A DNA stretch of 64,000 nt. Source: Centruroides vittatus. Lineage: Eukaryota. Below, in pieces: positions 12,541 to 25,600 of the stretch. The notes under the pieces were generated by a model, which made no database searches, was not told the DNA's origin, and saw only the letters and a list, made by a program, of their open reading frames with translations. The translations under genes and the position numbers were made by a program. Where the stretch lies: assembly GCF_030686945.1 (NCBI RefSeq), contig NW_027122681.1, positions 1,738,938-1,802,937 of the forward strand, given 5' to 3'. Every line of letters begins with the position of its first letter. Within the stretch, counting starts at the first letter, position 1.

Positions 12541-14920
12541 AATCCGGATTACTGAGCGTATAGGACTAAAGGCAATGACAACGACAAGGCGCCCTTCCGT
12601 ACTGATTCTTTTTGGAGCTGTATTTTGTTGATACAGTAATTGCAAGTGTAACATTAATAAAGAATTAAAAGTATACTACATATATTAAAAAAAAAAATAA
12701 TAATAATAATAACGAACATATTCCGATGGGTATGCCGGATTAGCAAAAGTCTAGTGTAATTCAATCCGAGTTCAATTCTGGGTCTCCCAGAGCAGTAGGC
12801 TCGACACGGACATCCGGCCCCTCTGTAATTATCCTACCAGAAAAGCATGGATTAAAATTAAGATAAACAAACGTACAGACGTTAAGTAAATTATTATAAA
12901 GTTTCTCTGGCCATTCTGACTTTCATTAATCATACGAACATCAACAAATAACCCGTCTGCGCCGCGACGTTAAACAAACGTTAACTAATACTCGATACGG
13001 GTGTATACTTCTACGCCATTATCTTTAAAACCCTTCTTACTTAATATACCACTATCAAACTAAGTGCAATGTGCTGTAGACTTAAAATTTATAGAGCTAA
13101 GAGGAGGACGGATAAAAAAAAAAGATCATCCAGCGATCTTAACTAATTAAACTATAAAAATAATTCTTAATCAGTTTTAAAGGGCTATTAACTACCGAAT
13201 TATCTAGAGAAATACACCGAAAAGTTTCGGTTTACTACTTCGTACCCCTTCTCTAATTTATTATTATTTTAATTGTTTGGTTTTAAGTAAATTTATGGAG
13301 TTTCGGTTTACAAATTATTCGGATGGGGATAAATCACTCCCTGTTTATTAATGCTCGTTACGGGTGGTCTTAAGTGTTACTCTTCTTCATCACCGCGTAT
13401 TGGAGCCGCGAAAGAAATGTAGGAAGGTAGAAAATTGAAGCTGTTTTTATGTTGCCATTGTAGCTCCAACAGTAAAAACTTGGCGATCAGTTCTACTTAA
13501 ATTATTAATCACAAAAATGGCGAGATTGTTTTAGAGAGAATTAGGGTATCTCTCTCTCTCTCTCTCTCTCCTCCCTTTCCCCCCTCTCCCACACTCTCTA
13601 TCTCTGGAATCGATAAACTTTCCCATTGGAAAAATGGCAAAGTTGTTAAATATTTATTACTAACGAGTTATACCTTATCTGGAAGATCTCATTGGTTACT
13701 AAAAAAAGAACTCTAATCATTTTCTAATCATCTAGAAGGCGTTAAGAGTAGAAAAATAATTTTCGCAATGGAGAATTACGCCACACTCTAAATATAAATC
13801 TAGTTTAATTCGGGGGGGAGGCACCACCACGCGAAAATTCTCCTCCTCCCCCCCTTCCCAAACTAGCTTGACTCTTATTGGCACTTTTCCCAATATCTTT
13901 ACCGAATGGCGACCCCAGACACTGATTGCAACTGTCAATGGATTCTGCGCTATGTCATTATTGGAAGGAAACGTCGTTTGGGAGGACAGCTTCCATCTGA
14001 AAGAAGAGGTCGTTTGCAAGAGGGAGAGGAGGAGGAGGAGAAGAAGAAGGAAAAGGGGAAAAAAAGTGGAAGCATTCTTTGATATATGATTGAATGGCAG
14101 AAAGGTAAATTCTTTTGCCTGCCTGCCACACATTTGTGCAACAGGAGAAACGTAAATGCTCATATAAAATTTCAATTCGAAAATTTCCACCCTATACCTG
14201 CTGTATCTGCCGCTTTCTTTCTTATCTGTATCAAATTCTAGACGTATTTTTGCATAAGAAACAAGGAGGAACCCCCCTTTTACCACTCATCCATATTTCT
14301 GATATTCTAGGATACATATTTTTCTGTAAGCCGTTTCTGTAAAATACTCTTAGATTTTTATTTAGTCAACGTAACAGATGGGATGAAAGGAAATCATAAA
14401 TTCTTATAAAATTCGAATTTCGCTTTTTAAAAATAAATAAATATCGAATAAATTTACCGTAACATAGTAGACATTTTTTTTTTTAAATTTTAAAAATACG
14501 TACAGTACAGTACAATTTGACGTCTTTCGGTCGCAGAAAAAAAAATCTATGCTAAACTCCTTTTAGTATTCTTCTTGGTTGTAAACATACATCATTGGGA
14601 TATTTCTAGAAGTTCTTATTCTTTTATAGTTTCTTTGACCTTTGCACTTAGTTTCAATTTGATTTCTGCTCAACCATCGGTGCAGAATTTTGTCTTTAGC
14701 ACGCTTGGTTAATTCCGTCCCGGAAGACACAACTGCAGATGGCAAGTTGATTCACAGGTTTTCATTTATATCGACGTTAAAAATCTTCCAGAAACACAAG
14801 AAATTTCTCGAAATTTTAGCTAAATAAGGCTCTAAAAATTTAATACAATATATCACGTTCTTTGAATATATCCTTAGAGACTTATTTAGCTGAAATTTTA
14901 ATTTCTCGTAGTGTTGTGTA

Positions 14921-15153
14921 CAAAGAAATTTCGGTTAATGTTACCTATGGTTCCAAGATGGCGGCTCGTCTCCGATTCCAGCAAATAGAAGAAGGGAAAC
15001 AGTGGGGACGCACGTTCTAACCTAACCTATTCTAATAAATTACCATAATTATTACCAATCAAATTATTTTCCCACTGTTTCCCCATGTTTCCTTGCTGGA
15101 ATCAGACAAGCCGCCATCTTGGAACTATAGGGTAACATTAACCGAAATGTCTC
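14921..15153. mobile_element. MITE of about 230 bp with roughly 55-bp terminal inverted repeats.
   Basis: atttcggttaatgttacctatggttccaagatggcggctcgtctccgattccagcaa at 14921-14982 is the reverse complement of ttgctggaatcagacaagccgccatcttggaactatagggtaacattaaccgaaat at 15098-15153. Confidence 0.6.
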
Positions 15154-16469
15154 GTGTTTCTATAAGATTTTAACACGTGTTTTTAAGACTTTAAGATAAT
15201 GGCTTATACACAAATATATATATTACGTCCTTGTTTATATATAATATATATTGATCATTAATCCCGAAAGTGATATATCGTAGCAGGTTTAAATCTAAGT
15301 TTAATCGCTGCTCGTGAAATTTAAATGAACCACTATAAATCACTGTCGAAATTAACGTCCGTTCTTCTACGTTTATTCATCCTTTACCCGAGGAAAGTAG
15401 CATAAAAATTCGATTACAAATGCTATTTTCGTAATTTCGTAAAATTAATCTTTAGGAATTCCGTTCCACGGGAGTCGATGAGAGACAACTCTTTTCCAAA
15501 CTTTAGACCACCTCTTACTCTCTCTCTCTCTCTCTCTCTCTAGCAGCACACTACTTCTCTTCTTGCAGCACACTACTAGAAATTGGAAGTGTACTTTAGT
15601 AATTCAATCTCGGGTTTTGAGAAAATCTAGTTGTCACAAAAACCAAAATCGAATTTGTTTCTCTTTTTTCACTCTAAGTGATGATTCTATTTTCCATTCG
15701 AAGTAAGAAGAGACTACCTTGAATTCTTATACCAAACTTCTTCAGGTGTACGGTTCCTTCCTTCCTTCTATATAATTCTTTCGCTCCCTCCTTCCACAGA
15801 TCGGAAAACATAACTCGAATTCCCCCTTAGTACTTATTCGTTTTTTAAAAGATACAATTCTATTCTAATTTTAGGCGCGAAAGTATAATACCTTCCGTGT
15901 TTTCTCACCAGATATATACAGTTAAAGATTGAATTTTTAAATGAAAGAGGAGGGCGGTAAAGGGAGGATGATGATGAGATCTTCTTCAATTGTTGCCACG
16001 GTAAAATATAATAGGGTTTATTTATTTAAAAAAAGGAAGGTAGAAGAGATTGCTTTAGGTATTTTTCCTTCTGTCAAAGAAGAGAGATGGAAGAAGTGTT
16101 CCATCTTTTGTTGCGAGACTTGAAACAAATTTATATTTACTCCATTCTGTAGAGAGGGGGTAAAATAAAAATAAAATTTTTCCCCTATTTTCCCTTTCTT
16201 TCTGAGACAGAGATGAATGTTTTCGAGATGGAAAAGAACTATGATAAGTAAATAGAAGTTTTTTTCATTAAAAAAAAAAAATTTAAAGCGGGGAAATAGT
16301 GTAAATTTTAAGCTCGAGTTGCATAAAAAAAAATATTTTTTTTTCCTTTCTCCTTAATCGGAAAAAATTTAATTCAAAAAATTTTTACCGTTTATATAAA
16401 TTTATAATTCTTCTTGACGTTTTGATCGAAGATAAAAATAAAAAAAAAAAACCTGCGAATGGATGGGAA

Positions 16470-16990
16470 CATAAAACTGTCCGTCGTTTGGAGGTTATTT
16501 TGTAAGGAATTTCCGTTCGGGAGGGGAAAAAATCATATGAAATTATGGCCGCTTTTTAGTGGTGGCCGTTATTGCAGGTTACGTATGAAATTCTATTCGG
16601 AATTTTGTTTTAATAGTCGCTGTTTAAAGGGTTTTTTTTTAAAAACAAATATGCATACGAAATAGTTTACGAAAAATGGCCGTTGTTTGGAGGTTATCTA
16701 CGAATTGTTACCATTCAGAAGTTTGCTTTACTGGTCGCTGTTTGAAGGTTTTTTTGAGCAAAACTGCGTACAAATAGTTTGTGAAAAATGGCCGTTGTTT
16801 GAAGGTTATTTTGTATACACTTTTGTTCAATATAATTGCTAGAAAATGGCCTCCGTTTACAGGTGGCCGTTAATGGAGGTTACGCATACATCTTATTGAA
16901 ATAAAGGGAGAAAAGTTGGAGAAAAAGTGATTGTTGTTTAGAAGCGGCCGTCATAGAGAGGTGTCCGTCGTCGGAGGTTCGACTGTAAAA
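16470..16990. repeat. Degenerate minisatellite with a 55-110 bp unit. The repeated core is tggccgttgtttggaggttat.
   Basis: Core and variants appear at about 16488, 16548, 16678, 16734, 16790, 16848 and 16950. Confidence 0.55.
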
Positions 16991-19900
16991 CGTTTAAATT
17001 TAAGTGTAAATCTTTAAAAATTACCCAGGCGAGTAAAATCATAGATTATTATTATTAATTTTTTCTCCAGTTTTGTTACATTAAAAACATCGTTTCGATG
17101 ATAATTTCTCAGATTGTATCTCAATTAGCGATAAACGTTTATCTTCTATCAAAAGTTCTAAAAATTGCCGTGAAAACAGAATTAAAGCGAATATATTGGC
17201 CATTAAAATGGGAATTTGTTTTTATTAATGCATTAAAACGAAGAAAAATTGTATTAATTTTAAATAATAGACTTTAAAAAAAAAAGAAAGATGGAGGATG
17301 AGGAGGAGCGAGCTTATTATCAATTGATCGATAGAGGCGAATAGATTTATTTAATTAGATGAAATCATTTTAGTAGCAATAATTAACTAAACAAGAAAAG
17401 AAAACTAATTAAAGCGTATGAAAGTTCCATACTGTTAAGCGGTTTACAAATTAAATTAAAACCCACTAAGCAACCCGAATTAGGCAAATCCTTTGAAAAG
17501 CGTCACGCGAACCTTTAAGCATCATCTCGTCAAACGCGTCATCGGTGTTCGTAACTTCCGTCACAATTTACTAACTTCAGTTTAAAAATCTTTACGGTAA
17601 TTCTTAAGAAATTCTAAAGAGCGACGGAAACTTCTTCCGGTTGCTTAATTATTCAATTTAATTTCGATTAATTATTGCGGTTTAAGGTTGAAAATCTTAC
17701 GCGTACGTACGTATACGGAATACGTTTTCAAGCGCCATCTATGATCGAATTTCGTTACTAATTGCGAATATTAATTTTTGTGCTTTTAAAGAGGGGAGGA
17801 AGAGATTTTATTTTATTATTATTTTTTTTATTAATAATTAAATTGTTTAATGGTTATGAACTGTGTTAAAAAGGGAATTTAAAAGAATTTTTCTTCCTTT
17901 TTTTTTTATATTAAAGTGATCGAAGAAATACACTTTCGATACATTATTGAAAGGAAAATAAAATGGCCTGATAGTTCCTTACGGAGAACGTTTTATCATT
18001 TTTATCTATATGACATGTTACGTTTTATCTACACTAACAGAACATTGGATTAAAGCTCGCTCACCATTCTAAGACCATTTGAAACATTTTCTATTCTGAT
18101 GATTCTTTCAACGATACTTCCACCCTCGATATTTAGCGAAAATTCCAAGATCCACGCCATTACTCCCATCCGTTTACGATCTATTAAACGACGGCACCCT
18201 TTTTTAATATTTCCCCATTTTTTTAATTCTTATTCCTAACGGTAGATGGCGCCAACTTACAGATCGTTTAAAATTCAAATTTTTAAATACCTCTCGTGTT
18301 GTGACGTGTATTTTAAATTCGAATTTTTAATTTTTTCCGGGGGAATTCACGTATGTATTACATATTATAGTCATACCAGAAACTAATTCTCGTATAATGT
18401 TAAAGTTTTAATGAAATTAATTAATTAAGCTTTGGTCCATCAATCAATCAATTTTTAATTAAATTATTATCAAGTAATTTTAAAATATTTTCCGAATTTA
18501 TTAATTTATATTATTATTATTATAATAATAATTCAAATTTTGAATTTTTTTACATTTTTTTTTCCGGTCATTTTTGTGCTAATTTCTCTGGTAAATTAAC
18601 GAAAATTTACTATAAAATACTTAAAATAAAATAATTTTATTTTATTTTTAAAAATTTATTCTTTAAAATTTGAGAATAGAATTTTTTTATCTTAATTTTT
18701 TTTTTTTTTTTTTGAATTTTTCAAAGCATAAATTTGTTATTTGATATTTTCCGGATGCAATTTTTGTAATTAAAAAATGGATTTTTGTAAAAAATAAAAT
18801 AATAATAATAATAATAAATCTTTCAGATGATTTTCGTGATAACATGGAATTAATTTTAGAAAATGGATTAAAATATGGAGGAATAAAATTAAAAAAAAGT
18901 AGCAAATGTTATTAAAATCCCAGGAAAAATATTAATTTCCGTAATATTTGTATTTAAATATTTAATTATAAATACGCACAAAGCTGTATTAATTAATACG
19001 GTGGCCCAAAATTCGGTTAATTATTGAAAAAATTAAAATCATATTTCTCTACCAATTAAACTCGCGAGTCAGTTTACCGGCGGTAACTAGAACACGAGCG
19101 GTACGGTTAATCGATTAGACGTTATACTCGATACAATAAATAATTTACAGCACTCGAACGGTCGGAAATCGTGTAATACCGAGCGGAATAAGGGGGAGGA
19201 GAGGGTGTAAAAAAAAAGCCCCGGCCACCCAATTGATGCTTCGATTGCGTGATGAATGGGAAAGAGAAGCGAGTGTTTAATACGTTCCACCATAAATGCA
19301 AATCTGAAACTCATTTGAATAACGTCTTTAATGGCAAATCATCTGCTTGACATGCAAATGCGTAATTTTAACACTGTGTTTATGTATCCTGTTATCTTAT
19401 TATGTTACCGTCGTATCCGCTCTATCTATATTGCTTTATGGTAGAGTCAAATATAGTCATTTAAAATCATCAATTTGATTATCATTTTAGCATTTATCAG
19501 TATTTAATATACAAGCGTAGAGATAGGGTCGGCCGTGAAGGAAATTTAATAAGTGGGGGATTACTCTCGTGTATATTTTGATTTAGTAGATTTATAATCG
19601 TTGTAAAGACGTCTATAAATTATATTAGAATGTCTATTTTAGTTTGTTTATAAGTCGTAACAAAAAAACAACGTTATTTTAAATAAAACAATAGCATTTT
19701 TATTGTATTTTTTCCCTCTTGTTTATCGCTTAATGACGCGTGAGTATTTAGAGATTAAATTTATTTTATATTTTTTCCGAATTTTTTCTGACGTTTTAAA
19801 ATTAGAAAAAAAATTTATATTAATATATTATTTAATTTTAAAAAAATTTTATGTAGCTTACCAAATACGGATATAAATCCAGTTTAAGCGCGAGATAAAA

Positions 19901-20039
19901 TTATGGAAACAGGAAAAATAAATACATAAAAGCGTAAATGACGTAATATAAAATACCGTTATAATCATAATTAAACTTTTATTATCGTCTCTGGCGTTAT
20001 GGCACGGGAATACGATACCTCACATCGTACGTAATTTCA

Positions 20040-20090
20040 GTCTGGTGACGTCATATATGAGCAATTTGGTTCTTTGTTTCGACGTCATCT
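20040..20090. promoter_or_regulatory. Paired CRE-like TGACGTCA motifs flanking a tcatatatga segment.
   Basis: Perfect palindrome tgacgtca at 20046-20053. A second gacgtcat at 20081-20088. Further TGACGT motifs at about 19938 and 20258. This is motif-level evidence only. Confidence 0.15.
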
Positions 20091-21289
20091 TTTCGTTACA
20101 GTCCTTAATAAATAGTTACAATGCCATTAATTAATACGTAATTATTGTCATTGTTAGCAATAGACAGAGAAAATTAACGAGAATTTATTATTGATATAAA
20201 CTGACCAAAAAATTAAAAAATATATCATATAAGAAAATTTTAATTAAAATTTTTCAAATGACGTGTAATTTTATTTTATTTTATTTTCTGACTTAGTATA
20301 GAAACGAAGGAAAGTCGCAGAAAAATGATTTATTTATTTTCCTTTCTACAGAAAGGGATTTGTGTAAATCAGATTTTCTGATAGAATGAACAGTGCGATT
20401 TTTATTATTGGAAAAAGTAATCCCACTGCAGAATATTAAACTAAAAATAGTTTATATTATTATCAATAATAATAATAACCCATTCACGCTACATTGAAGT
20501 CATTAGAAAATTTTTAAAACAAAGGATTTATCCAAAAGGGGAAGAGGACAAAGTATAATAATAATTTTAAACGTAATCTATAACATTTAGTTTCACATCT
20601 TTAAATTATTTTAATTGGAAATTATAAAAATAAACTTTCACATTAATTCATTTACCCCCTTTTTTTAAATTTAAAGAGAATCGAGCGCCCATTTAAATCA
20701 ATTACGATTTAGTTTTATTTTTTTTCAACAGATGGCGCACTGTGTATTTATTTAAATTATTTTATATTTAACAGTTAAACATTGAATTAATGGCTTAATT
20801 GTAATTATAATGTTTTAATTTTAATTGTAAAAAATAAAATTAAAATTTTAATTTTTTTATGGGTTTAAAACCAATATTAATATAAATAATTTTATCCCGC
20901 TGCTAAATGGATTTATTGTTGACTCGCTTATAGATTTTCACTTGATTTAATTATAATTATAATGATAGACAAGATTAAAGTAAATGATAAATCATCAGAG
21001 ATTAAATGGGATTATTAGCTTTTCACTTTGTCTAATTAAATTCAAATACCTCATCAATTTTAATAAACAAAGAATAAACGTTCTTATTAAAATAAGAAAT
21101 ATTTATCGTTAATTCGGAATTTTTATACGGCGTAAAAATATTTTTTTAAGCTGGCTTAATTAAGATTTATGGAAGAGCGCCATTGAAGGGTGTATTAATT
21201 TCAATACACGAAAATGACCATGATGATGTCTTAAAGTCACGGTTAAGTTTGTTTATTTTTTATTGTTATTTTTAGTTTTTTTTTTTTTT

Positions 21290-21590
21290 TCATTTAAAAT
21301 ATACGCGCTCCACCTCAAATTAGTAGTGGCTTTTTCCCTGTACATCATACTTTCCCATTAACAATAGAGTCGTGCCGGTCTAACACCTGTCGGGGGAAGA
21401 ATTTCGAATTGGAATGACGTGACTTCCGGTTTGAGTCGGATGCTCGTAGATAGTTAATCGGGGCTTTTTGCCCCTAAGGTTTCCATATATGGTCTCGTTT
21501 TTCACCTATCTAACTTCGTTCCCGAGATTAAGGACGGACAGACTGACAGACGACATTGGGAATTTATATCACTACAGTTTATTTTTCAAA
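21290..21590 (-). mobile_element. SINE-like retroposon, copy b, with a 16-nt poly(A) tail.
   Basis: Homologous to 1190-1480 over the full length. A plus-strand T16 run at 21282-21297 abuts the homology boundary, which places the poly(A) tail on the minus strand. Confidence 0.5.
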
Positions 21591-22062
21591 TTGCGGCCCG
21601 AAAAGTCTGTAAAATCAAGGTCATTTCGGACGATTATTGGCGAGCATACAATTACAATCGCTTTATACGTGGGTTAATATCGATATTAACCTAGATTAGA
21701 TTTATAAATGATTATTTCAATGTAATATCGAATCTTGCTGTGGTATAGTACGTGTTTTTATATGCCGTATGTAGTTTGAAATTCTGGTATGAATTGTATT
21801 CATTCATAACCGAAGTAAATGCAGTTGGTAAGACATCAGAAGGGATCAATAAGCAATTACTGTAGCAAGAATGCAATATAGAGTTATTACAGTAAATAAC
21901 CTCCGTCATATCAATCGGAAATTATTAAATGATTGATTTTATATGGCGAATTCTGAAGAAGGAAAAAAAGGGCAAGAAACAACTACTTTACGAATATTTC
22001 GTAACGAATTAGAAAAAAGAATTGGAACTACAGAAAGCTCTTTAAAATAGTTTCGTATTCTC

Positions 22063-22170
22063 ACGTAACAGAGCAAATCCCGTGTTTGAGAATAGGGGAC
22101 AAAGCAAATCCCGTGTTTGAGAATAAACACAGGATTTGCTCCGTCCCCTATTCTCAAACACAGGATTTTA
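22063..22170. repeat. Nested palindrome: a 35-bp outer inverted repeat enclosing an inner hairpin.
   Basis: Outer arm gtaacagagcaaatcccgtgtttgagaataggggac matches the reverse complement of gtcccctattctcaaacacaggattttactgttac. The inner hairpin is gcaaatcccgtgttt gagaat aaacacaggatttgc. Confidence 0.6.
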
Positions 22171-22649
22171 CTGTTACTGGGAGGGAGGAGAGCGAGGTAG
22201 ATAAGTTTTAACTTACATCAAAAGTAATTTTTTTATTCTTTTATATAGACATGTATTAAAATAAAAACAATGTAACTCATTTAATGCCATAAATTTGATT
22301 TTGTTTAAAATTAAACCGCGTTAAAGTGAATTGGTATAAATAGAGGAGGAGGGATCACTGTAATAAAACACTAAATTATAAAGCATGACGTTACGAAAAG
22401 AATCCGATGTTTCTCTACCTCGTTCTCCCAAATTTGCGTTAAGGTATACCAAGTCAAATTCGAAATTTGGCAGATAAATTTCTTAAATATTGTAATTAAG
22501 AATTCCATTATATTTACTAGGCGAAAATATTGGAATTTTTCTAAATAATTAAACTCTTCCGAGTAACGAAGCGTGTACTTAATTTCAAGCTTATATCAAT
22601 ATATAACAGCGGCTCATTGATTTCGTGGAAATGTAAAGGATAGTTGCAA

Positions 22650-22790
22650 TAAAACCTGTCTGAAACGGAACCTGAATAAAACGGAACGGAGCGAATTTTC
22701 TCGTGTTAAAAAAAAAAACAAACCTGTCAAACCGGAAGAAATATTTGGTAACGTGGATTCAGGTTTATATAGGTTTTTCCGTATTATGAT
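22650..22790. mobile_element. Another copy of the cagtaaaacctg MITE family.
   Basis: aaaacctgtctgaaacggaacctg ... ggtttatataggtttttccg; shares its ends with the 6160-7090 fragments. Confidence 0.4.
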
Positions 22791-24206
22791 TTCTAAAGGT
22801 AAATTAATTATAATCTTTTTAAATTGAAACCGCTGGAAATTTTAAAGTTTTAATTTACGAAACTTGATTTTCGTTTTAATGAATAAAAGATGATCCGTCG
22901 ATTAGTTTAAATAAATTAATAATAATATTTAATTAATAATCTGGCAATATCGACGGTAATTTGACAGCAGCAGCAGGCGCATTTGGACGAAAAGAATAAT
23001 AAATTTCTTTTTTTTTTTCATTAACGAAATTGTAATAGTTGCTTTTGTTTGGAAGATAAATTGTTAAAATGGCTACTTTTTAATAAATTAAACGATAAAA
23101 ACACCGCATTTACTCGGTTAAATTGAACGGAAATTGAAGCTTCCAGTACAAATACTAGTTCTGTAAAGTCCACAATGACAGATAAACAAATGAAGGAAAG
23201 CCATCAGAATAAAATAAATCCGTAACTGTGTAACAATTCTGTAAAAAAAAACAGTACAAAAAACAACAATAATTGACATTTCTTTGACTTTCCCGGTTGT
23301 TACAACACAGGGAAGTATTGTATTCGTCTCTCTACTTTTCTGGATGTTATAACAGAGGAAAAAGTATTGTAATCGTCTCAAATTTTTCTGTCTGTTATAA
23401 CGTAACAGCTGTTACTTTCTCTGTTGTTATTATATTATAATCGTGAAACGTTCGACACTCTGGGTATTTGGAATGTCGACGTTTTGAACCCCAAAAAAAA
23501 AATCAAAGAATGGTACTTTGTGTGTGTTAGATATTAGTATTTCAGAATGGGGTAAAGATTAAGAAATTTGGACCGTAACTTGTGTGTAAAAGGCATTGGT
23601 ACTATTAAATTTTGGTGGTTAGAGGTCGCAGGGTTCGGGTGTCGTATCTGGAGTGGGGTCGGACTTGATGATTTTACTTGTTATTGGCATTTACGATACT
23701 AGATTATTTCTAGCAACTCTTATCTACCCGGAAATTAAGCCTTTTTTTGGCCTTTTCAATATTGATATTATTAAAAAATAACTTTTATATTATCTCGTAA
23801 CAGGTAACGCGTATATTATGGTACCGTACGTCTGAGTGGCAAGCGGTATCCAGACAAATACTAGTTCTGTAACATAGTACGCGAATCGATGACGTGTTTC
23901 GTATAAAACGAGCTACGTTATTGGCTCGCTCACTTGTCACACTAGATGCACCCTTATAGTAATGTTTATCTTTAGTTTTGAATTTATTAGGTCATGTGTC
24001 ATTTTATCGTTCTTTGTTAAGAGGATTTTTCCTAAAAATATACAGTCGCCTGCAAATCTTTCTCAAAGAGACGTCATCATCATTTGTATGAAGTAAAGTA
24101 TAAAACTTTACAGAAAACTGAGCAATAAAATCTCTATTTAATCTCTACTTCGTTTCTATTAAAGTAATTATATAAATTAATTAAATCTCATAAATCTGAT
24201 TTAAAT

Positions 24207-24304
24207 TTCAAATTAACCAATTACGTTTCAGCTTTATCGGTTAATTTGAAATTAACCAATTACGTTTCAAATCGAGTTCGAATTTAAAATATTCGAATAT
24301 ATAG
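24207..24304 (+). promoter_or_regulatory. Candidate core promoter: two CCAAT-box direct repeats plus a TATA box upstream of the 24388 ATG.
   Basis: Direct repeat (a)aattaaccaattacgtttca at 24207-24230 and 24247-24270, with CCAAT at 24217 and 24256. TATATAG at 24297-24303, about 85 bp upstream of the ATG. Confidence 0.35.
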
Positions 24305-24387
24305 AAAAGAACGTTTCCTCTAACGAATTTCTCTACGTTCTCGAACGATATTTTTTCTATTCGATTTGTGTTTAAAGAAAAAGCATT

Positions 24388-24723
24388 ATGGACGATTCCT
24401 CCGTGAAGAAAATAAGAAATCCCGTTGGCGATCCTCCCTCATTAGGAGAAGACCCTTCTCGATTGGAAAGGGAGGAACCCCCAAATGAAAAACTGAATGG
24501 AAACATGGAAGACGTGTTGCCAGTTGCAGGTACGTCCGTCGTCAAGAAGAATCGAAAGATTAATGTAAGAAGAAGTATCGAACGCCGAACAGTTAGAAAA
24601 CGAAAAAGATCCGTGTCGGGAGGGAGATCGAGGAATAGGAAGATCAGGCGATCCAGGTCGAAGGTAAGGAGCAGTGGCAAGAAGAAGAGAGGACCCAAGA
24701 GGAGACGGAGGGTTTTATTTTAA
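24388..24723 (+). CDS. Putative small basic protein of 111 aa. The N-terminus is acidic and the C-terminus is Arg/Lys/Ser-rich, reminiscent of protamine/SNBP or SR-tail proteins.
   Basis: ORF MDDSSVKKIRNPVGDPPSLGEDPSRLEREEPPNEKLNG...RRSIERRTVRKRKRSVSGGRSRNRKIRRSRSKVRSSGKKKRGPKRRRRVLF. Locally more GC-rich than the surroundings. Promoter motifs lie upstream. An internal CAG|GTACGT at 24528 could alternatively be a donor. The antisense strand is also open because of purine bias. Confidence 0.35.
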   Translation: MDDSSVKKIRNPVGDPPSLGEDPSRLEREEPPNEKLNGNMEDVLPVAGTSVVKKNRKINVRRSIERRTVRKRKRSVSGGRSRNRKIRRSRSKVRSSGKKKRGPKRRRRVLF

Positions 24724-25399
24724 GATCGATTAAGTGCCAACGTTGACAAAAGGAATGGATTTGGCGGTCAAACGGCTCTTTTCAGAGCCAACTTTTTACT
24801 GGTTAAAAGTAGTCGAATATATTTTAAACGATATTAACACATTACACATTTTTAAGTAATATTAATCGAGCTATAACTTCAAAGGTATTAAGTACAAAGT
24901 ATGTAAATCTGGATAATTCGTAGTAGCGAGTATTTCGTCCCCCGAATTTCGAACTAACGAGGATTTTCTGTGTATTTTTATCAGTTGTAGCAGTTTCTTC
25001 TCGAACATCTATAGAAATAATTGTAACGCATTATATTTTAAAATTATTCTTTAGAATACTGTACTCGTCATTGCTAGGTTCACGTGGAAAAAGGAAGTCT
25101 GCAATCCACTGGTTATGGAATCTCTGCATCCTAGAGGGGGATTCTTCGAGAGGTTTTATTCTAACAACGTGACAGGGCCATTGCCACTAGCTGTTTTATC
25201 CTCCTGATATAACTAATATCAGAAGGATAGAACAGCTAATTTTATCCTTCTGATAGATGTTTTATTAGAAAATGGCCGAGAACGGATGATGGAGTCTAAC
25301 AATTTCATTATCCGTTCCAATGGTCTCCAAGACAAACTATGTGTGTTTCTGGAGGGGCGCCAATAAAGTGTCGGCGCCAGTTATGTTCGCTACACCACT

Positions 25400-25600
25400 G
25401 AAAACGATGACGTTGTCTTCGAAATTTGAAATTCGCGGGGCCACGTGGAGTTTTATGGGGTTTTCTTCACGTTATTAAACACGCAAAGAATAGTCGGAAG
25501 AGCACGTAGCAAATCGTTGGCGATGCTCGAACCCGCGATCACTGCCAGTGTTCAATTGTTTTATCCACTCGGCCATCGGTGGGCCCTCTATTAAGAACAC
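25400..25600 (-). mobile_element. tRNA-derived SINE head, same family as 12296-12375.
   Basis: Reverse complement of 25520-25590 reads ccaccgatggccgagtggataaaacaattgaacactggcagtgatcgcgggttcgagcatcgcc. This parallels 12300-12370, including the ccgagtggataaaac and gggttcg motifs. Confidence 0.45.

Noticed and set aside
13732-14286. 184-aa minus-strand ORF, with overlapping plus-strand ORFs at 13868-14342
   Set aside because: It is driven by (ctt/gaa)n, (agg)n and (ct)n microsatellites (poly-Leu and poly-Arg/Glu in translation). It has no splice signals or coding-like composition, so I treat it as a simple-sequence artefact.
24372-24698. 108-aa minus-strand ORF antisense to the basic-protein ORF
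   Set aside because: It is the mirror frame of a purine-rich sense strand. Its translation is Leu/Phe/Ser low-complexity with no promoter context, so the plus-strand ORF is preferred.
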